Shown here one piece after another: positions 1 to 10,328 of a stretch of 64,000 nt of DNA. Both the position numbers and the translations under genes were made by a program. Numbering within the stretch: position 1 is the stretch's first letter; each line of letters opens with the position of its first letter. Below the pieces are notes generated by a model, which was given only the letters and a program-made list of their open reading frames with translations, had not been told where the DNA came from and searched no databases. This DNA is from an uncultured Bacteroidales bacterium (GTDB lineage: Bacteria; Bacteroidota; Bacteroidia; Bacteroidales; CAYRRV01), in the NCBI GenBank assembly GCA_964426725.1, contig CAYRRV010000001.1, positions 9,190-73,189 on the forward strand, given 5' to 3'.

Positions 1-608
1 AGCTTGAGCAATTCCACCCATGCCATTAGCGAAGAAGTTGGTGTTCCTAACTGGTGTGCGGTTTCCTTGGTAAGGCCAACCCATACCTTGTTTTGTTCCA
101 TGCGCCGGGAAAAGCTGAAAGCAAAGTAAGATACCATGATAAAGAGCACGATAATAGCCAATTGAATAAAGGGATACCAGGTTAACTTTCTCAACAAGAT
201 TGAATTCTCGTAATAAATGAAGTTTTTTTTGTCATCTCCCAGGTCTATTTCTATTGGGGGTTGAGATTCTTTCATGTTTTTCAGGTGCCGTTCCAGGTAT
301 CCCGGGTTTGCCACCCTGGTTGTATCCAGGTTTTTATGACTGAGGATAACTTCATCCTGATCGGCCAGAATTACTGGTACGGTACGGTTATTCAAAATTA
401 CCTCGAAAAGAAACCCGTAGTCCTGTTCCGTGATAGTAATATCGGCCAGTCGCCTGGTGGCTTCAGCCCAGAGTTCCACTTTTTTTCTTTCTTCAACGGA
501 AAGCTTTTCAACCAAATTATTGGTATACCAAAGCGAACTAATACCGATTCCTACTGCAAATAAAAAAAGCAGGAATTTCCATCTTTGTTTTCGCGTGTAA
601 AAATTCAT
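1..608 (-). CDS. Sensor histidine kinase, N-terminal part. The gene runs off the window start.
   Basis: Hand translation of the minus strand from the ATG at 608..606 gives MNFYTRKQRWKFLLFLFAVGIG (TM1). A periplasmic-like stretch follows, then a second TM (WYPFIQLAIIVLFIMVSYFAF) and the H-box ETAHQLGTPTSSLMAWVELL. It is absent from the ORF track because it has no stop inside the window. Confidence 0.7.
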   Translation of the reverse strand, partial: MNFYTRKQRWKFLLFLFAVGIGISSLWYTNNLVEKLSVEERKKVELWAEATRRLADITITEQDYGFLFEVILNNRTVPVILADQDEVILSHKNLDTTRVANPGYLERHLKNMKESQPPIEIDLGDDKKNFIYYENSILLRKLTWYPFIQLAIIVLFIMVSYFAFSFSRRMEQNKVWVGLTKETAHQLGTPTSSLMAWVELLK

Positions 609-721
609 ATTACTAATTTAATACTATTTCCTATAATTCTCATATTCACACTCGCGACAATAAGTAACTATCCCAAGACCAAGATACAATCACTCACACT
701 TCTTAACACGCTCACAATCAC

Positions 722-3319
722 TTACTCCCATTCAATCTTAAACTTCTTTTTCGTTGTATCTTTCTTTTCCGGTAATTCCAACGGGGGTTCCTGATTTTCT
801 TTTTCGGTTTCTTCCCAGGTTACCCGGAATTTCGGTTTTTCTATTGCTTTTTCTCCTTTTACCAGTGCTGAATCATTCTTGTAGAACCCGAACTCCTCTT
901 GTAACAGGCTCTTTAATTCTTTTTTTTCTTCTTTTAAATCCTCCCTAAACTCCCTGTAAGCCCTTTTCCTGTCAAAAGAAATCTTGTAATCGTCAATATT
1001 ACCGACTATTTTGAGAAAAATAGATGTTCGTCCTAACCCATCATCCTCAACCACGAATTCTGGATTTCTTTTCTTTGCTTTACCCGACAGGATTTCTGAT
1101 AATAGAACTTTAACACTATAATTTATATTGTTGTCAAAATCATGCGTCCCCGAAATATCAATATTAAAAGCTGATGAATGAATATCCATTCTCGGGATGG
1201 TAATTATTCTGTCTTTAATAATAATAGTATTCTCAAGCGTGGAAAATTTAATATGAGCAAGTTCAGATATTTCAATATACCTGGAAAGTGATTCCATGGG
1301 TTCAAAATCAATCAATTCTCCATTCACTATTTTAATATAGGTTTTTGTTTCTATGGTTTCCTTTTTTATGATAAGATTGTTATTCCAGATAGCAGAAAAA
1401 GCTAGTGAACCTGAAAGCTCTCCTTCTAAATGATCGTGACGAATGATATTTTGCGTGAAATTTCCAAAAGTATAAAATAATTGTTTAATATCAATTGATT
1501 CAAAATCAAGCTGATTTCTTACAAGAAGGTCTTGGTTAAAGGCCTGGATGATAGCCCCGCCTCCGGTTAATTTCCCGGTTAGTGTTTCCATGGAAAACGC
1601 CTGAAGCGTGAACATCTTTGGTTTATAATTAAGGGTTCCTTTTATGCTTGATGCCGAAAACCTGCCAAGTGAAAACCGGTTGATAGCAAGGTTCAATTTT
1701 AGCCGGAGTTTCTCGGGAAACCTTACTTCCTCGTTGCTTTTTCCTGTTTTTCCGTCAAAATAGTAATCAAAATTCAGATTATCGGAAGAAACGTCACCAT
1801 TTACTTCCAGGTACCCTTCATCCAGCAAAAAATAGGGCAAAACATTTTTAACAAAACCTGATACCCTGTATTCATTGCCTGCATATGACAGGCTGGTTCT
1901 ACCCAGGTAAATTTCATCACCGAGATCAAGGGTGCCGGTAAACCGTTGAATCGGGTAACGGAAAAATCGTAGCTCGAGATCAGTGTCAGTCGAAACAATT
2001 TTACCGGCAAGTTGCATTTTTGCAATATCTTTCCCGGTAATTTTTAAAGGATTTTCGATGTTCCCGGTCAATGCAATGTCAATATCGCAATGGCCAGCTA
2101 AAAATTGCACAGAGTCATGATCAATTAATCCTGAGAGCTCTTTCATAATTACCTTTCCCTTCAGGGAAGTATTTACCAGCGGTCTTTTCAGGTTTTCCAG
2201 TTGTCCTTTACCGGTTAACCGGCTTTCTCCATAACGGGCAGACATATCGTGAATCACGAAAAAAGCGCTTTCCGGTTCAAGCCCATCATGGTTCAGGTAT
2301 CTTCCTGAAAATTTAACATCGGAAAATGTATCAGCTTTTCCCTTGATTTTCAATTTCCCGTTGGATACAAAAAATTCTGCTGCTACAGCCGGAGAAATGC
2401 TCGCGCTTATTTCACCATCAACCCGGGCATTAAAATTCAAGTAACCATCGCCTTTAATTTTTTTCTCAAATGAACTGTATCGATCAGGAAGTAATCGAAT
2501 CAGTTGGCTTATATTGATTTCTTTACCCTTGATTTGCAGGTTAATTATATTTTTTTGGTTGGTAATAAACCTGCCCGAAACGGTGAGGGGTATGGATTCA
2601 AATGTTAAATGACTTTCAGCTATACTAAAGGTATCTTCATGAACCTTTAATCCTGCAGTAAAATTAATGTTTTTGTTTTTTATGTATTGAATTCCTACAC
2701 TTTCAAGTTTAACATCAGATGAATTAGCTTGTATGTCTAACCTGTACTGATCACTTGAAAAATTACCATAGAAAAAAAGTTTATCGAATCGTGTTGAGGC
2801 TGAGATATTTTTCAGACGATTTTCGTAGTTTAAACTTATATTTCGTGATTTTACACCTTGCAATTCCAGGTAGAAAGAAGCTGGTTTTTTTTTATCTGAT
2901 TCTTTCCAGATATTGAAGTTGGGTTCTCCCCGCTCGTTATAAATGATATTGACAGAACCATCAGAGACATAAATATTTCTGAGTAAATACCTCTTTTTAA
3001 TTACATCCAATAGCCTGAATTCAAGAAAAACATGGTTGAAAAATAAAAGAGTATCCGGGACCCCTGCTCCTTCAACCTGGAAAGCAGCCGGATTTTCAGC
3101 CATTACATCTTTAAATTCAACAGCGGCATAAGGGAATCTTTTCAGGAATGAAAAACTTACTTTATCTACAGATATGTCCGATACAAGATGTTTGTTGATC
3201 TCTTTTATGGCATGCGTAGTGATCTCGTCTTTATAGATGAAAGACAGGATGATTCCCGTGATTATCACGATTCCAATTCCGATAAGAATACCCAAAAAAA
3301 TATCACGCAGCCAATGCAT
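722..3319 (-). CDS. AsmA-family / TamB-like envelope protein (865 aa)
   Basis: It has an N-terminal membrane anchor (FLGILIGIGIVIITGIILSFIY), a long beta-rich body and a Lys/Glu-rich C-terminus. Size and layout are typical of Bacteroidota AsmA-family proteins. Confidence 0.6.
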   Translation of the reverse strand: MHWLRDIFLGILIGIGIVIITGIILSFIYKDEITTHAIKEINKHLVSDISVDKVSFSFLKRFPYAAVEFKDVMAENPAAFQVEGAGVPDTLLFFNHVFLEFRLLDVIKKRYLLRNIYVSDGSVNIIYNERGEPNFNIWKESDKKKPASFYLELQGVKSRNISLNYENRLKNISASTRFDKLFFYGNFSSDQYRLDIQANSSDVKLESVGIQYIKNKNINFTAGLKVHEDTFSIAESHLTFESIPLTVSGRFITNQKNIINLQIKGKEINISQLIRLLPDRYSSFEKKIKGDGYLNFNARVDGEISASISPAVAAEFFVSNGKLKIKGKADTFSDVKFSGRYLNHDGLEPESAFFVIHDMSARYGESRLTGKGQLENLKRPLVNTSLKGKVIMKELSGLIDHDSVQFLAGHCDIDIALTGNIENPLKITGKDIAKMQLAGKIVSTDTDLELRFFRYPIQRFTGTLDLGDEIYLGRTSLSYAGNEYRVSGFVKNVLPYFLLDEGYLEVNGDVSSDNLNFDYYFDGKTGKSNEEVRFPEKLRLKLNLAINRFSLGRFSASSIKGTLNYKPKMFTLQAFSMETLTGKLTGGGAIIQAFNQDLLVRNQLDFESIDIKQLFYTFGNFTQNIIRHDHLEGELSGSLAFSAIWNNNLIIKKETIETKTYIKIVNGELIDFEPMESLSRYIEISELAHIKFSTLENTIIIKDRIITIPRMDIHSSAFNIDISGTHDFDNNINYSVKVLLSEILSGKAKKRNPEFVVEDDGLGRTSIFLKIVGNIDDYKISFDRKRAYREFREDLKEEKKELKSLLQEEFGFYKNDSALVKGEKAIEKPKFRVTWEETEKENQEPPLELPEKKDTTKKKFKIEWE

Positions 3320-3602
3320 CAGTTTGGTAGATGTTTACATTGCAAAACGTACAAAATTAATTCGTAGTATTGGAAATAACTATTGTTCTGTCAACTTTTA
3401 TCTTTTACCTGAATAAGGCGGTACGAACGAAGTGAAGTAGCGCTCAATTTGGCGTTAACCCCGTCATAGAAAATGTTGCATATCACCGAATAAATGAGGT
3501 GAAATGCTTACTTTTTTCATCGATTGAGCTTAATCGCTCATTTTGGGTTTTATAAGCAATGATGTTTCATTAATTTCGCGTGATAACCAAAAGAAATTGA
3601 AT

Positions 3603-4055
3603 ATGAGAGCGGTAATTCAAAGAATAGAAATGGCCACTGTTGAAACTGAAGGTAAGGTGCTTTCACAAGTAAAGCAAGGGCTCCTGATATTATTAGGCAT
3701 TGAAGAAACTGACAGGGATGAGGATATTGATTGGTTAACAGGAAAAATTGCCCGGTTACGGGTATTTGACGATGATGAAGGGATAATGAATCTTTCAGTG
3801 CAAGACGTGAAAGGAGAGGTGATGGTTATTAGCCAGTTTACTTTACATGCCTCCACCAAAAAGGGGAACCGTCCAAGTTATATTCGAGCGGCAAAACCTG
3901 AATTCGCCAAAGACATTTACGACAAGTTTATTTTCAGGATGGGGCAACACCTGCAATCTCCCGTTAAAGAAGGTAAATTTGGGGCTTACATGAAAATTAA
4001 CCTGGTCAATGATGGTCCCGTCACGATCATCATAGACACAAAAAATAAAGAATAA
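3603..4055 (+). CDS. dtd: D-aminoacyl-tRNA deacylase
   Basis: The sequence MRAVIQRI...GLLILLGI...SQFTLHA...NRPSY...VNDGPVT is a Dtd signature. I chose the internal ATG at 3603 over the ORF-track start at 3543. Confidence 0.9.
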   Translation: MRAVIQRIEMATVETEGKVLSQVKQGLLILLGIEETDRDEDIDWLTGKIARLRVFDDDEGIMNLSVQDVKGEVMVISQFTLHASTKKGNRPSYIRAAKPEFAKDIYDKFIFRMGQHLQSPVKEGKFGAYMKINLVNDGPVTIIIDTKNKE

Positions 4056-4378
4056 TGACTCTTTCTGAGGCACAGCAAACCGTTGATAAGTGGATAAATG
4101 AATATGGTGTCAGGTATTTCAACGAACTTACCAACCTGGCATTACTCGTGGAAGAAGTGGGTGAATTATCTCGCGTTATGGCACGATTGTATGGTGAACA
4201 ATCCTTTAAAAAAAATGAAGACAGTCAGTTGGAAGATGAACTGGCCGATATACTTTTTGTATTAATTTGTTTAGCAAATCAAACCGGAATAGATCTGGAA
4301 AAGGCATTCGCGAGAAACCTTCAGAAAAAAACGAATCGTGATATTAACCGGCACAAGAATAATGAAAAGTTAAAATAG
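4055..4378 (+). CDS. MazG-like nucleotide pyrophosphohydrolase (107 aa)
   Basis: It carries the EEVGELS...EDELADILFVLICLAN motif pair. Its start overlaps the dtd stop by 1 nt (TAATG). Confidence 0.8.
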   Translation: MTLSEAQQTVDKWINEYGVRYFNELTNLALLVEEVGELSRVMARLYGEQSFKKNEDSQLEDELADILFVLICLANQTGIDLEKAFARNLQKKTNRDINRHKNNEKLK

Positions 4379-4600
4379 TGACGAGTCACATTTGAATATA
4401 ACAGGCAAGATGTCGTTTATTTATAACAATTCCACAGGTCAACCCCTAATTTTTTTATTGACAAGATAGAATAGTTTTTAATTCATTCATGCATTTGGCA
4501 ACGATTGATGAAAATTGCAATTTTAACTTTCTTTTTTCGTTAAACCTTTGCTGATCAGTTTCCAATTTGTTTTTTCTTTTTTTATTCTGATTTTAATTTT

Positions 4601-4608
4601 TACTTTTG
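4601..4608 (+). promoter_or_regulatory. Candidate Bacteroidota -7 promoter box (TACTTTTG) for yceD-rpmF-plsX-fabH
   Basis: It is an exact match to the TAnnTTTG consensus, 14 nt upstream of the first possible start codon. Confidence 0.4.
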
Positions 4609-4621
4609 CAAATCAAATTTT

Positions 4622-5155
4622 TTGGCAGTGAGAAATAATAGTCCATATATTATTCCATTTAAAGGATTAAAAGAAGGTTTACACGAGTTCCGGTACAGGG
4701 CAGGAGGTGAACTTTTTACTGATTATCCCGCTGCAGATGTTCTACACGCCGATCTGGACATCCGGGTGGAAATGATAAAAAAGCCCAGGTTGCTGGAAAT
4801 GGAATTTTCCATTACAGGTTTCGTGGAAGTAGTATGTGACAGGTGCCTGGATCGTTATAACCATGTGATAGATACAACCGGAACACTTTTTTTCAAGTTT
4901 GGTGAATACTCTCATGAAGAAACTTCCGAGATAATTGTATTGAAGGAAGAAGAGTACCAGGTTGATATTATGCACTACATCTATGAATTCTCGATGCTAG
5001 CGTTACCGGTGAAAAAAATACATCCCAGGAAAGAAGATAATAGTAGTGGTTGCAATACTGAAATGGAAAAAATTCTTGAACAACATTCTGTACAAAATAC
5101 AAAAAACACGGATCCCAGGTGGAATGCATTAAAAAATATAAATAACGAAAATTAG
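4622..5155 (+). CDS. YceD/DUF177 family protein (large-subunit ribosomal RNA accumulation protein)
   Basis: It occupies the conserved position directly upstream of rpmF. It has the Cys pair CDRCLD and an acidic C-terminal half. The ORF-track start is a TTG, so the true start is uncertain. Confidence 0.75.
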   Translation: MAVRNNSPYIIPFKGLKEGLHEFRYRAGGELFTDYPAADVLHADLDIRVEMIKKPRLLEMEFSITGFVEVVCDRCLDRYNHVIDTTGTLFFKFGEYSHEETSEIIVLKEEEYQVDIMHYIYEFSMLALPVKKIHPRKEDNSSGCNTEMEKILEQHSVQNTKNTDPRWNALKNINNEN

Positions 5156-5160
5156 TTGAT

Positions 5161-5346
5161 ATGGCACATCCAAAACGCAAAACATCAAAACAGAGGAGAA
5201 ACAAAAGAAGGACACACTACAAAATTACAGCACCTACTTTGATGAAATGTCAGAATTGTAGTTCTACTGTTCAGTATCACAGGGTTTGTCCTGAGTGTGG
5301 TCATTACAAGGGTAAACTTGCTATTGAGAAAGAAGTAACTATATAA
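5161..5346 (+). CDS. rpmF: 50S ribosomal protein L32
   Basis: It begins MAHPKRKTSKQRRNKRRTH and carries a CxxC...CxxC zinc ribbon. Confidence 0.95.
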   Translation: MAHPKRKTSKQRRNKRRTHYKITAPTLMKCQNCSSTVQYHRVCPECGHYKGKLAIEKEVTI

Positions 5347-5367
5347 TTAATTGCTAACCACCTTTTG

Positions 5368-6309
5368 ATGAAAATCGGTATAGATATAATGGGTGGGGAT
5401 TACGCGCCTGAAGTGGTTGTAAAAGGTGCGAATCTGGCACATGAAATGCTTTCCGATTCTGCAGATCTCGTACTCATCGGCGATCAGGAGAAAATGAAAT
5501 CCATTGCCCTTGAAAACGGGATAGATTTGTCAAGGTTCGAGATCATGCACACGTCCGAGTTTGTCTCAATGGATGAGCATCCGGCCAAAGCCTATACACG
5601 GAAACCAAACTCCTCGATAGGGATTGGTTATCGAATGCTTAACGGGCAGCAGATCGATGGATTCGCGAGTGCCGGCAGTACGGGAGCCATGCTGGTTGGA
5701 GCCATGTATACAGCCAAATTGATACCAGGGGTCATAAGGCCTTCAATTGCTGCTGCTATTCCTACACCCGGGAAATATCCCACCCTGCTGCTTGACGTGG
5801 GAATTAACCCGGATGCCAAGCCTGATGTTTTGTACCAGTACGCGATGCTGGGTTCAATGTATGCCGAGTATGTATACGGCATCGAGAAACCAAAAGTTGG
5901 ACTCCTGAATATTGGAGAGGAAGAAGAAAAAGGAAACCTGCTTACCAAGGCAACATACAATGCCATGAAGGATTCTATCGATTTTAATTTCATCGGTAAT
6001 GTTGAAGGCAATGACATTTTCAATTATGAAAAAGTGAATGTCATGGTTTGCGATGGGTTCGTGGGAAACGTGATGTTAAAGCAAGCGGAAGCATTCTACA
6101 CCCTAATAAGGAAGAGAAAAATCAGCGATAGCTTTTTCGAAAAATTTAATTTTGAAAATACCGGCGGCACTCCGGTACTTGGAGTGAATTACCCGGTTGT
6201 GATAGGTCATGGCATTTCAAATGATATTGCTATCAAAAATATGATTATTCATACAAAGGATGTTATAGAAGCAGGTTTAACTACAAAATTTAAAGAAGCT
6301 TTTAAATAA
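5368..6309 (+). CDS. plsX: Phosphate acyltransferase PlsX
   Basis: It begins [14 protein letters not shown] and contains SAGSTGA and [10 protein letters not shown] chose the ATG at 5368, directly after the ORF-track TTG. Confidence 0.95.
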   Translation: MKIGIDIMGGDYAPEVVVKGANLAHEMLSDSADLVLIGDQEKMKSIALENGIDLSRFEIMHTSEFVSMDEHPAKAYTRKPNSSIGIGYRMLNGQQIDGFASAGSTGAMLVGAMYTAKLIPGVIRPSIAAAIPTPGKYPTLLLDVGINPDAKPDVLYQYAMLGSMYAEYVYGIEKPKVGLLNIGEEEEKGNLLTKATYNAMKDSIDFNFIGNVEGNDIFNYEKVNVMVCDGFVGNVMLKQAEAFYTLIRKRKISDSFFEKFNFENTGGTPVLGVNYPVVIGHGISNDIAIKNMIIHTKDVIEAGLTTKFKEAFK

Positions 6310-6310
6310 G

Positions 6311-7312
6311 ATGAAGAGCAGCAGAGCCGCGATTACAGGTATAGGTGCTTACGTGCCGGAATATGTTCTTACCAATGATGAATTAAGTAAGATGGTAGAT
6401 ACCACAGACGAGTGGATCATGCAGCGCATTGGTATTAAAGAGCGAAGAATATTGAAAGGCAAAGAAAAGGGAACCTCCGTGATGGCGGCCAAAGCCGTGC
6501 AATCGCTTCTCGAAAAAACTGAAACTGATCCTTCTGAAGTGGATTTGTTAATTTGCGGTACCATTACTCCAGATATGCTTTTCCCCTCGACTGCTAATAT
6601 TATTTGTGATAAACTGGGTATTAAAAATGCCTGGAGTTTTGACTTGTCCGCGGCTTGTTCTGGATTTATTTACGGGCTGACAACCGGGAGCTCTTTTGTC
6701 GAATCTGGCAATTATAAAAAAGTAGTCGTGGTTGGTGCCGATAAAATGTCTGCCATTACTAATTACTCTGATCGTACAACCTGTCCGCTTTTTGGTGATG
6801 GGGCTGCCGCCGTTTTATTAGAACCTGCCGCTGAAGACGTCGGAATAATAGATCATATCCTGAGAGTTAATGGTTCAGGAAGGAAATACCTGCACATGAA
6901 AGCCGGCGGTTCTAAAAGACCTCCTTCTCATGAGACCATTGATAATCAGGAACACTTTGTTTACCAGGAGGGGCAGGTCGTATTTAAGTTTGCTGTTTCC
7001 AACATGGCGGATGTTGCCGTTGAAATCATGGAAAAGCATGGTCTTTCTTCTGGTGATATTCGCTGGCTGGTACCTCACCAGGCCAATATGCGTATTATTG
7101 AAGCAACTGCCCGCCGGATGGGCATCAAAAAAGAACAGGTAATGATCAATATACAGCGTTACGGGAATACCACGGCAGCAACTATTCCGCTCTGCCTGTG
7201 GGAGTATGAAGATCAAATGAAAAAAGGAGATAACATTATACTGGCCGCATTTGGTGGTGGTTTTACCTGGGGTTCGGTATACGTGAAATGGGCCTATGAC
7301 CCTAAAAAATAA
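6311..7312 (+). CDS. fabH: 3-oxoacyl-ACP synthase III
   Basis: It contains AACSGF (active-site Cys), VPHQAN, and GNTTAATIP to FGGGFTWG. Confidence 0.95.
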   Translation: MKSSRAAITGIGAYVPEYVLTNDELSKMVDTTDEWIMQRIGIKERRILKGKEKGTSVMAAKAVQSLLEKTETDPSEVDLLICGTITPDMLFPSTANIICDKLGIKNAWSFDLSAACSGFIYGLTTGSSFVESGNYKKVVVVGADKMSAITNYSDRTTCPLFGDGAAAVLLEPAAEDVGIIDHILRVNGSGRKYLHMKAGGSKRPPSHETIDNQEHFVYQEGQVVFKFAVSNMADVAVEIMEKHGLSSGDIRWLVPHQANMRIIEATARRMGIKKEQVMINIQRYGNTTAATIPLCLWEYEDQMKKGDNIILAAFGGGFTWGSVYVKWAYDPKK

Positions 7313-7391
7313 AAAAAATACCTGGTTTTTCCAATATGGAGGGAAAGCCTGCGTTTTTAAATAAACCAATATTAAACAAATTGTTTACGTT

Positions 7392-7793
7392 ATGGCAAAA
7401 ACAAATGATATTTATCCTGGTCCCAGTAATGTTAATCATATTCAGTCTGGTACCGAAATAAAAGGTAACATAAAGTCCAATGGCGACATCAGAATTGATG
7501 GATTCCTGGAAGGAAATCTCGAAACCAAAGGTAAGATCGTGGTTGGAGGCACCGGAAAAATTAAAGGACAGGTGCGCTGTAAAAACAGTGAAGTTGAAGG
7601 TGAAATAGAAGGAAAAGTTTTCGTTTCTGAATTGCTGGCTCTCAAAGCATCTGCCAGAATTTTTGGTGATATCGTATCCAATAAACTGGCGATTGAGCCA
7701 GGCTGCAAATTCACTGGCAATTGCAACATGACAGGGGAAGAATCTGGAGAGAAAATGCCCCTGGAAGAACAGCCAAAGGAGAAAAAATCCTGA
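7392..7793 (+). CDS. Bactofilin (polymer-forming cytoskeletal protein, DUF583)
   Basis: It shows repetitive beta-helix rungs: G-I-G-I-V-G in GDIRIDGFLEGNLETKGKIVVGGTGKIKGQVRC...EGEIEGKV...ARIFGDI. Confidence 0.8.
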   Translation: MAKTNDIYPGPSNVNHIQSGTEIKGNIKSNGDIRIDGFLEGNLETKGKIVVGGTGKIKGQVRCKNSEVEGEIEGKVFVSELLALKASARIFGDIVSNKLAIEPGCKFTGNCNMTGEESGEKMPLEEQPKEKKS

Positions 7794-7870
7794 TTCTACA
7801 TTTCTGGAAAAACACTTGTGCGGTACAAACATTGTTTCTTTTTACTGTTGTATTATACTGCCTGAATGTT

Positions 7871-7878
7871 TAAATTTG
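7871..7878 (+). promoter_or_regulatory. Candidate -7 box (TAAATTTG) upstream of the atp operon
   Basis: It is an exact TAnnTTTG match, 27 nt upstream of the ATG at 7905. Confidence 0.35.
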
Positions 7879-7904
7879 TTGGGTAACCATAAAATTTATA
7901 CATT

Positions 7905-8291
7905 ATGGAAAAGGCAGGGAGTACTTTCATCAAACATTTTTCTTTGTATGGCCTGGTTATTTTAATCGCTACAGGTATTGTTCATTACCTGATTCCCGGT
8001 ATTTCGCTGGGTTGGGGATTAGCTTTCTTACTCTACGCATGGTTAATCACCGCCACTTTCCACATGGCTATCATGAATTCAGCGAAAAAAAGGACCAGCA
8101 TATTCCAGAAAAATTTCATGCTGGCTACCGGGATCAAGTTTCTCGCTTACCTTCTTTTTCTTTTAATTTTTCTTTTCATTGGACGAACCGATGAAAATCT
8201 TATTCCCTTTTTGATAATGTTCCTGTCAATTTACCTTCTTTTTTCTATCTTTGAGGTGATTTATATCACCACTTTTTTTAAAGACAAATAA
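7905..8291 (+). CDS. Small polytopic membrane protein in the AtpI/AtpZ position upstream of atpB
   Basis: It is 128 aa with about 4 hydrophobic helices and lies immediately 5' of atpB. The family assignment rests on position only. Confidence 0.45.
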   Translation: MEKAGSTFIKHFSLYGLVILIATGIVHYLIPGISLGWGLAFLLYAWLITATFHMAIMNSAKKRTSIFQKNFMLATGIKFLAYLLFLLIFLFIGRTDENLIPFLIMFLSIYLLFSIFEVIYITTFFKDK

Positions 8292-8352
8292 AAAGAAAAG
8301 TGTAACTTTATTCTCGTTTTTTAGTTAAATAAAAAGCTTAATCATAAAGAGA

Positions 8353-9471
8353 ATGCAAATGATAGGGGGAAGACGGGTAATAAAAGCATTGACATTTATA
8401 ATTGTTTGTTTCATTACCAGTTCCGGGCAAATTATCAAAGCGGGTCAATCAGAAGAATTTCACGATGAATCCCATTCCCGAGAAGAATTTCGGGCCGGTG
8501 AATTTATCATTGAACATGTTGGAGATGATTACTCATGGCACATCTTATCATATGGTCCGGAAGATCACCCGCGTCATATTTCAATCCCCCTTCCCGTGAT
8601 CCTTTATTCACTGGAAAGAAATAAATTATTCGTCTTTTTTTCCGGTAAATTTCATCATGGACACGAGGCATACAAGGATTTTTTTATCGCTCATGAAGCT
8701 CCTTACAAGGGTGATATTGTAGAACTGAACCGGGAGGGAGAAATGGTTCGGCCTATAGATTTGTCTATCTCGAAAAACGTGTTTGCTATTTTCGTGAGTA
8801 TCGGCTTTATGTTATGGATTTTCCTGTCTATTGCCCGGTCATATAAGAAAAATCCTTACACGGCGCCAAAAGGATTGCAATCAGGCCTTGAGCCTGTCAT
8901 CCTTTTTGTGAGAGATGAAATTGCCAGGCCTTCAATTGGACAAAAGAATTACAATAAATTCATGCCTTTCCTGTTGACATTATTTTTCTTCATCTGGATA
9001 AATAATCTCATGGGACTGATACCCATATTTCCCGGGGGCGCGAATGTAACCGGGAATATTTCGGTTACTCTCGTGCTTGCATTGTTTACTTTTTTCATGA
9101 CTACATTTAGCGGCAACAAACATTACTGGAAAGACATTTTTAACGCTCCCGGTGTACCCTGGTGGCTTAAAGTGCCTATACCATTAATGCCAATCATTGA
9201 ATTAATGGGCATGTTCACGAAACCCTTTGTACTGATGGTTCGTCTGTTTGCCAATATTACAGCAGGTCATATAATCGTGCTCGGGTTTTTTAGCTTGATT
9301 TTTATTTTCGGACAAATGCAGGCAACGTTAGGATATGGAGTTTCTGTATTATCAATTTTGTTCACGGTTTTCATGACTATGCTCGAATTACTCGTGGCAT
9401 TGATACAAGCATATGTATTTACTTTACTCTCGGCCATTTATTTTGGAATGGCCACAGCAGAGCATCATTAA
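8353..9471 (+). CDS. atpB: F0F1 ATP synthase subunit a
   Basis: It contains the essential-Arg region MVRLFANITAGH and multiple TM helices. It also has the long N-terminal extension common in Bacteroidota. Confidence 0.9.
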   Translation: MQMIGGRRVIKALTFIIVCFITSSGQIIKAGQSEEFHDESHSREEFRAGEFIIEHVGDDYSWHILSYGPEDHPRHISIPLPVILYSLERNKLFVFFSGKFHHGHEAYKDFFIAHEAPYKGDIVELNREGEMVRPIDLSISKNVFAIFVSIGFMLWIFLSIARSYKKNPYTAPKGLQSGLEPVILFVRDEIARPSIGQKNYNKFMPFLLTLFFFIWINNLMGLIPIFPGGANVTGNISVTLVLALFTFFMTTFSGNKHYWKDIFNAPGVPWWLKVPIPLMPIIELMGMFTKPFVLMVRLFANITAGHIIVLGFFSLIFIFGQMQATLGYGVSVLSILFTVFMTMLELLVALIQAYVFTLLSAIYFGMATAEHH

Positions 9472-9493
9472 TAATTATTTAAAATTTGTCATT

Positions 9494-9742
9494 ATGATTT
9501 CATTAACAGTTTTATTGCAAGCTGCAGAACTCGGTACTATGAGCGCGGCATTTGGTGCTGCCATTTCCGCGATTGCTGCAGCAATAGGTATTGGCAGGAT
9601 CGGGGCCACGGCAATGGAAGCGATTGCTCGTCAACCGGAAGCAGCAGCCGATATTCGTTCAAACATGATCGTGTCGGCCGCTTTAATTGAAGGCGTTGCT
9701 TTCTTCGCGGTGGTTGTGTGCCTGCTTATTTTATTCATCTAA
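9494..9742 (+). CDS. atpE: F0F1 ATP synthase subunit c
   Basis: It contains GIGRIGATAMEAIARQPE and SAALIEGVAFF, a two-helix hairpin with the carboxylate Glu. I chose the internal ATG at 9494, because the ORF-track start at 9413 lies inside atpB. Confidence 0.9.
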   Translation: MISLTVLLQAAELGTMSAAFGAAISAIAAAIGIGRIGATAMEAIARQPEAAADIRSNMIVSAALIEGVAFFAVVVCLLILFI

Positions 9743-9752
9743 TGATGCAAGG

Positions 9753-9785
9753 ACCTGTTAACCCGCGGTTGGCCGGTTAACAGGT
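9753..9785 (+). promoter_or_regulatory. Intercistronic stem-loop between atpE and atpF
   Basis: ACCTGTTAACC...GGTTAACAGGT forms an 11-bp perfect stem plus 2 inner pairs. It starts 10 nt after the atpE stop, and a T-run (GTTTTTATTT) begins 6 nt after the stem. Confidence 0.5.
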
Positions 9786-9821
9786 TCAATGTTTTTATTT
9801 AAGAATTTAAATTATTTTGAC

Positions 9822-10316
9822 ATGGATCTTGTAACTCCCGGTATTGGTTTAATTTTCTGGATGATTATTTCATTTTCTATTGTATTGTATATCCTGGGGA
9901 AATTTGCATGGAAGCCTATTTTAAATGCTTTAAGAGCCAGGGAAAGTTCCATTGAAGATGCCCTCCAGGCTGCAGAGAGAGCAAAAGAAAAGCTGGCAAG
10001 GCTTCAGGCAGATAATGAAAAAATCATGGCAGAAGCCCGTCTCGAAAGAGATAACTTATTGAAAGAGGCCAAGCATATGAAAGATCAGATAATCGTGGAA
10101 GCAAGAGAAAAAGCAGTTGAAGAAGCTGCCAAACTCCTCGAAAATGCCCGGGCTTCCATTAAAAATGAAAAATTAGCAGCAATCCAGGAAATGAAAACTC
10201 AAATGGCGATACTCGCGACAGATGTAGCTGAAAAAATAATCAAGCATAAGTTGGAAGACAATGAGGAACAAAAGCAACTGATTGATAGTTTATTGAAAGA
10301 ATCTATTATTAATTGA
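9822..10316 (+). CDS. atpF: F0F1 ATP synthase subunit b
   Basis: MDLVTPGIGLIFWMIISF forms the TM anchor, followed by a long charged coiled coil. I preferred the ATG at 9822 to the ORF-track start at 9789. Confidence 0.85.
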   Translation: MDLVTPGIGLIFWMIISFSIVLYILGKFAWKPILNALRARESSIEDALQAAERAKEKLARLQADNEKIMAEARLERDNLLKEAKHMKDQIIVEAREKAVEEAAKLLENARASIKNEKLAAIQEMKTQMAILATDVAEKIIKHKLEDNEEQKQLIDSLLKESIIN

Positions 10317-10328
10317 TAAGTATAGAGC

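Noticed and set aside
261-948. Three plus-strand ORFs lie at the left end (261..563, 585..794, 754..948).
   Set aside because: They are antisense to the hand-translated histidine kinase (1..608) and to the 3' end of the AsmA-family gene, or they span the intergenic spacer. None has a motif.
3400-3545. A slightly GC-richer patch lies between the AsmA-family gene and dtd. It has short complementary strings (GCGCTCAAT ... ATTGAGC, TCACC ... GGTGA). I considered it as a riboswitch or small RNA.
   Set aside because: The stems are short and interrupted, and I recognise no conserved riboswitch core. The region is also the divergent promoter spacer for two genes.
7302-7832. A 176-aa minus-strand ORF lies antisense to the bactofilin gene. 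Similar long antisense ORFs occur at 6875..7369, 5628..6023, 49903..50370, 52390..52803, 54686..55246, 56960..57352, 31787..32188 and 32785..33231.
   Set aside because: Each lies entirely inside a confidently identified gene on the other strand. Their compositions are odd and low-complexity (rich in Phe, Ser and Cys), and none has a recognisable motif. They are typical shadow ORFs.
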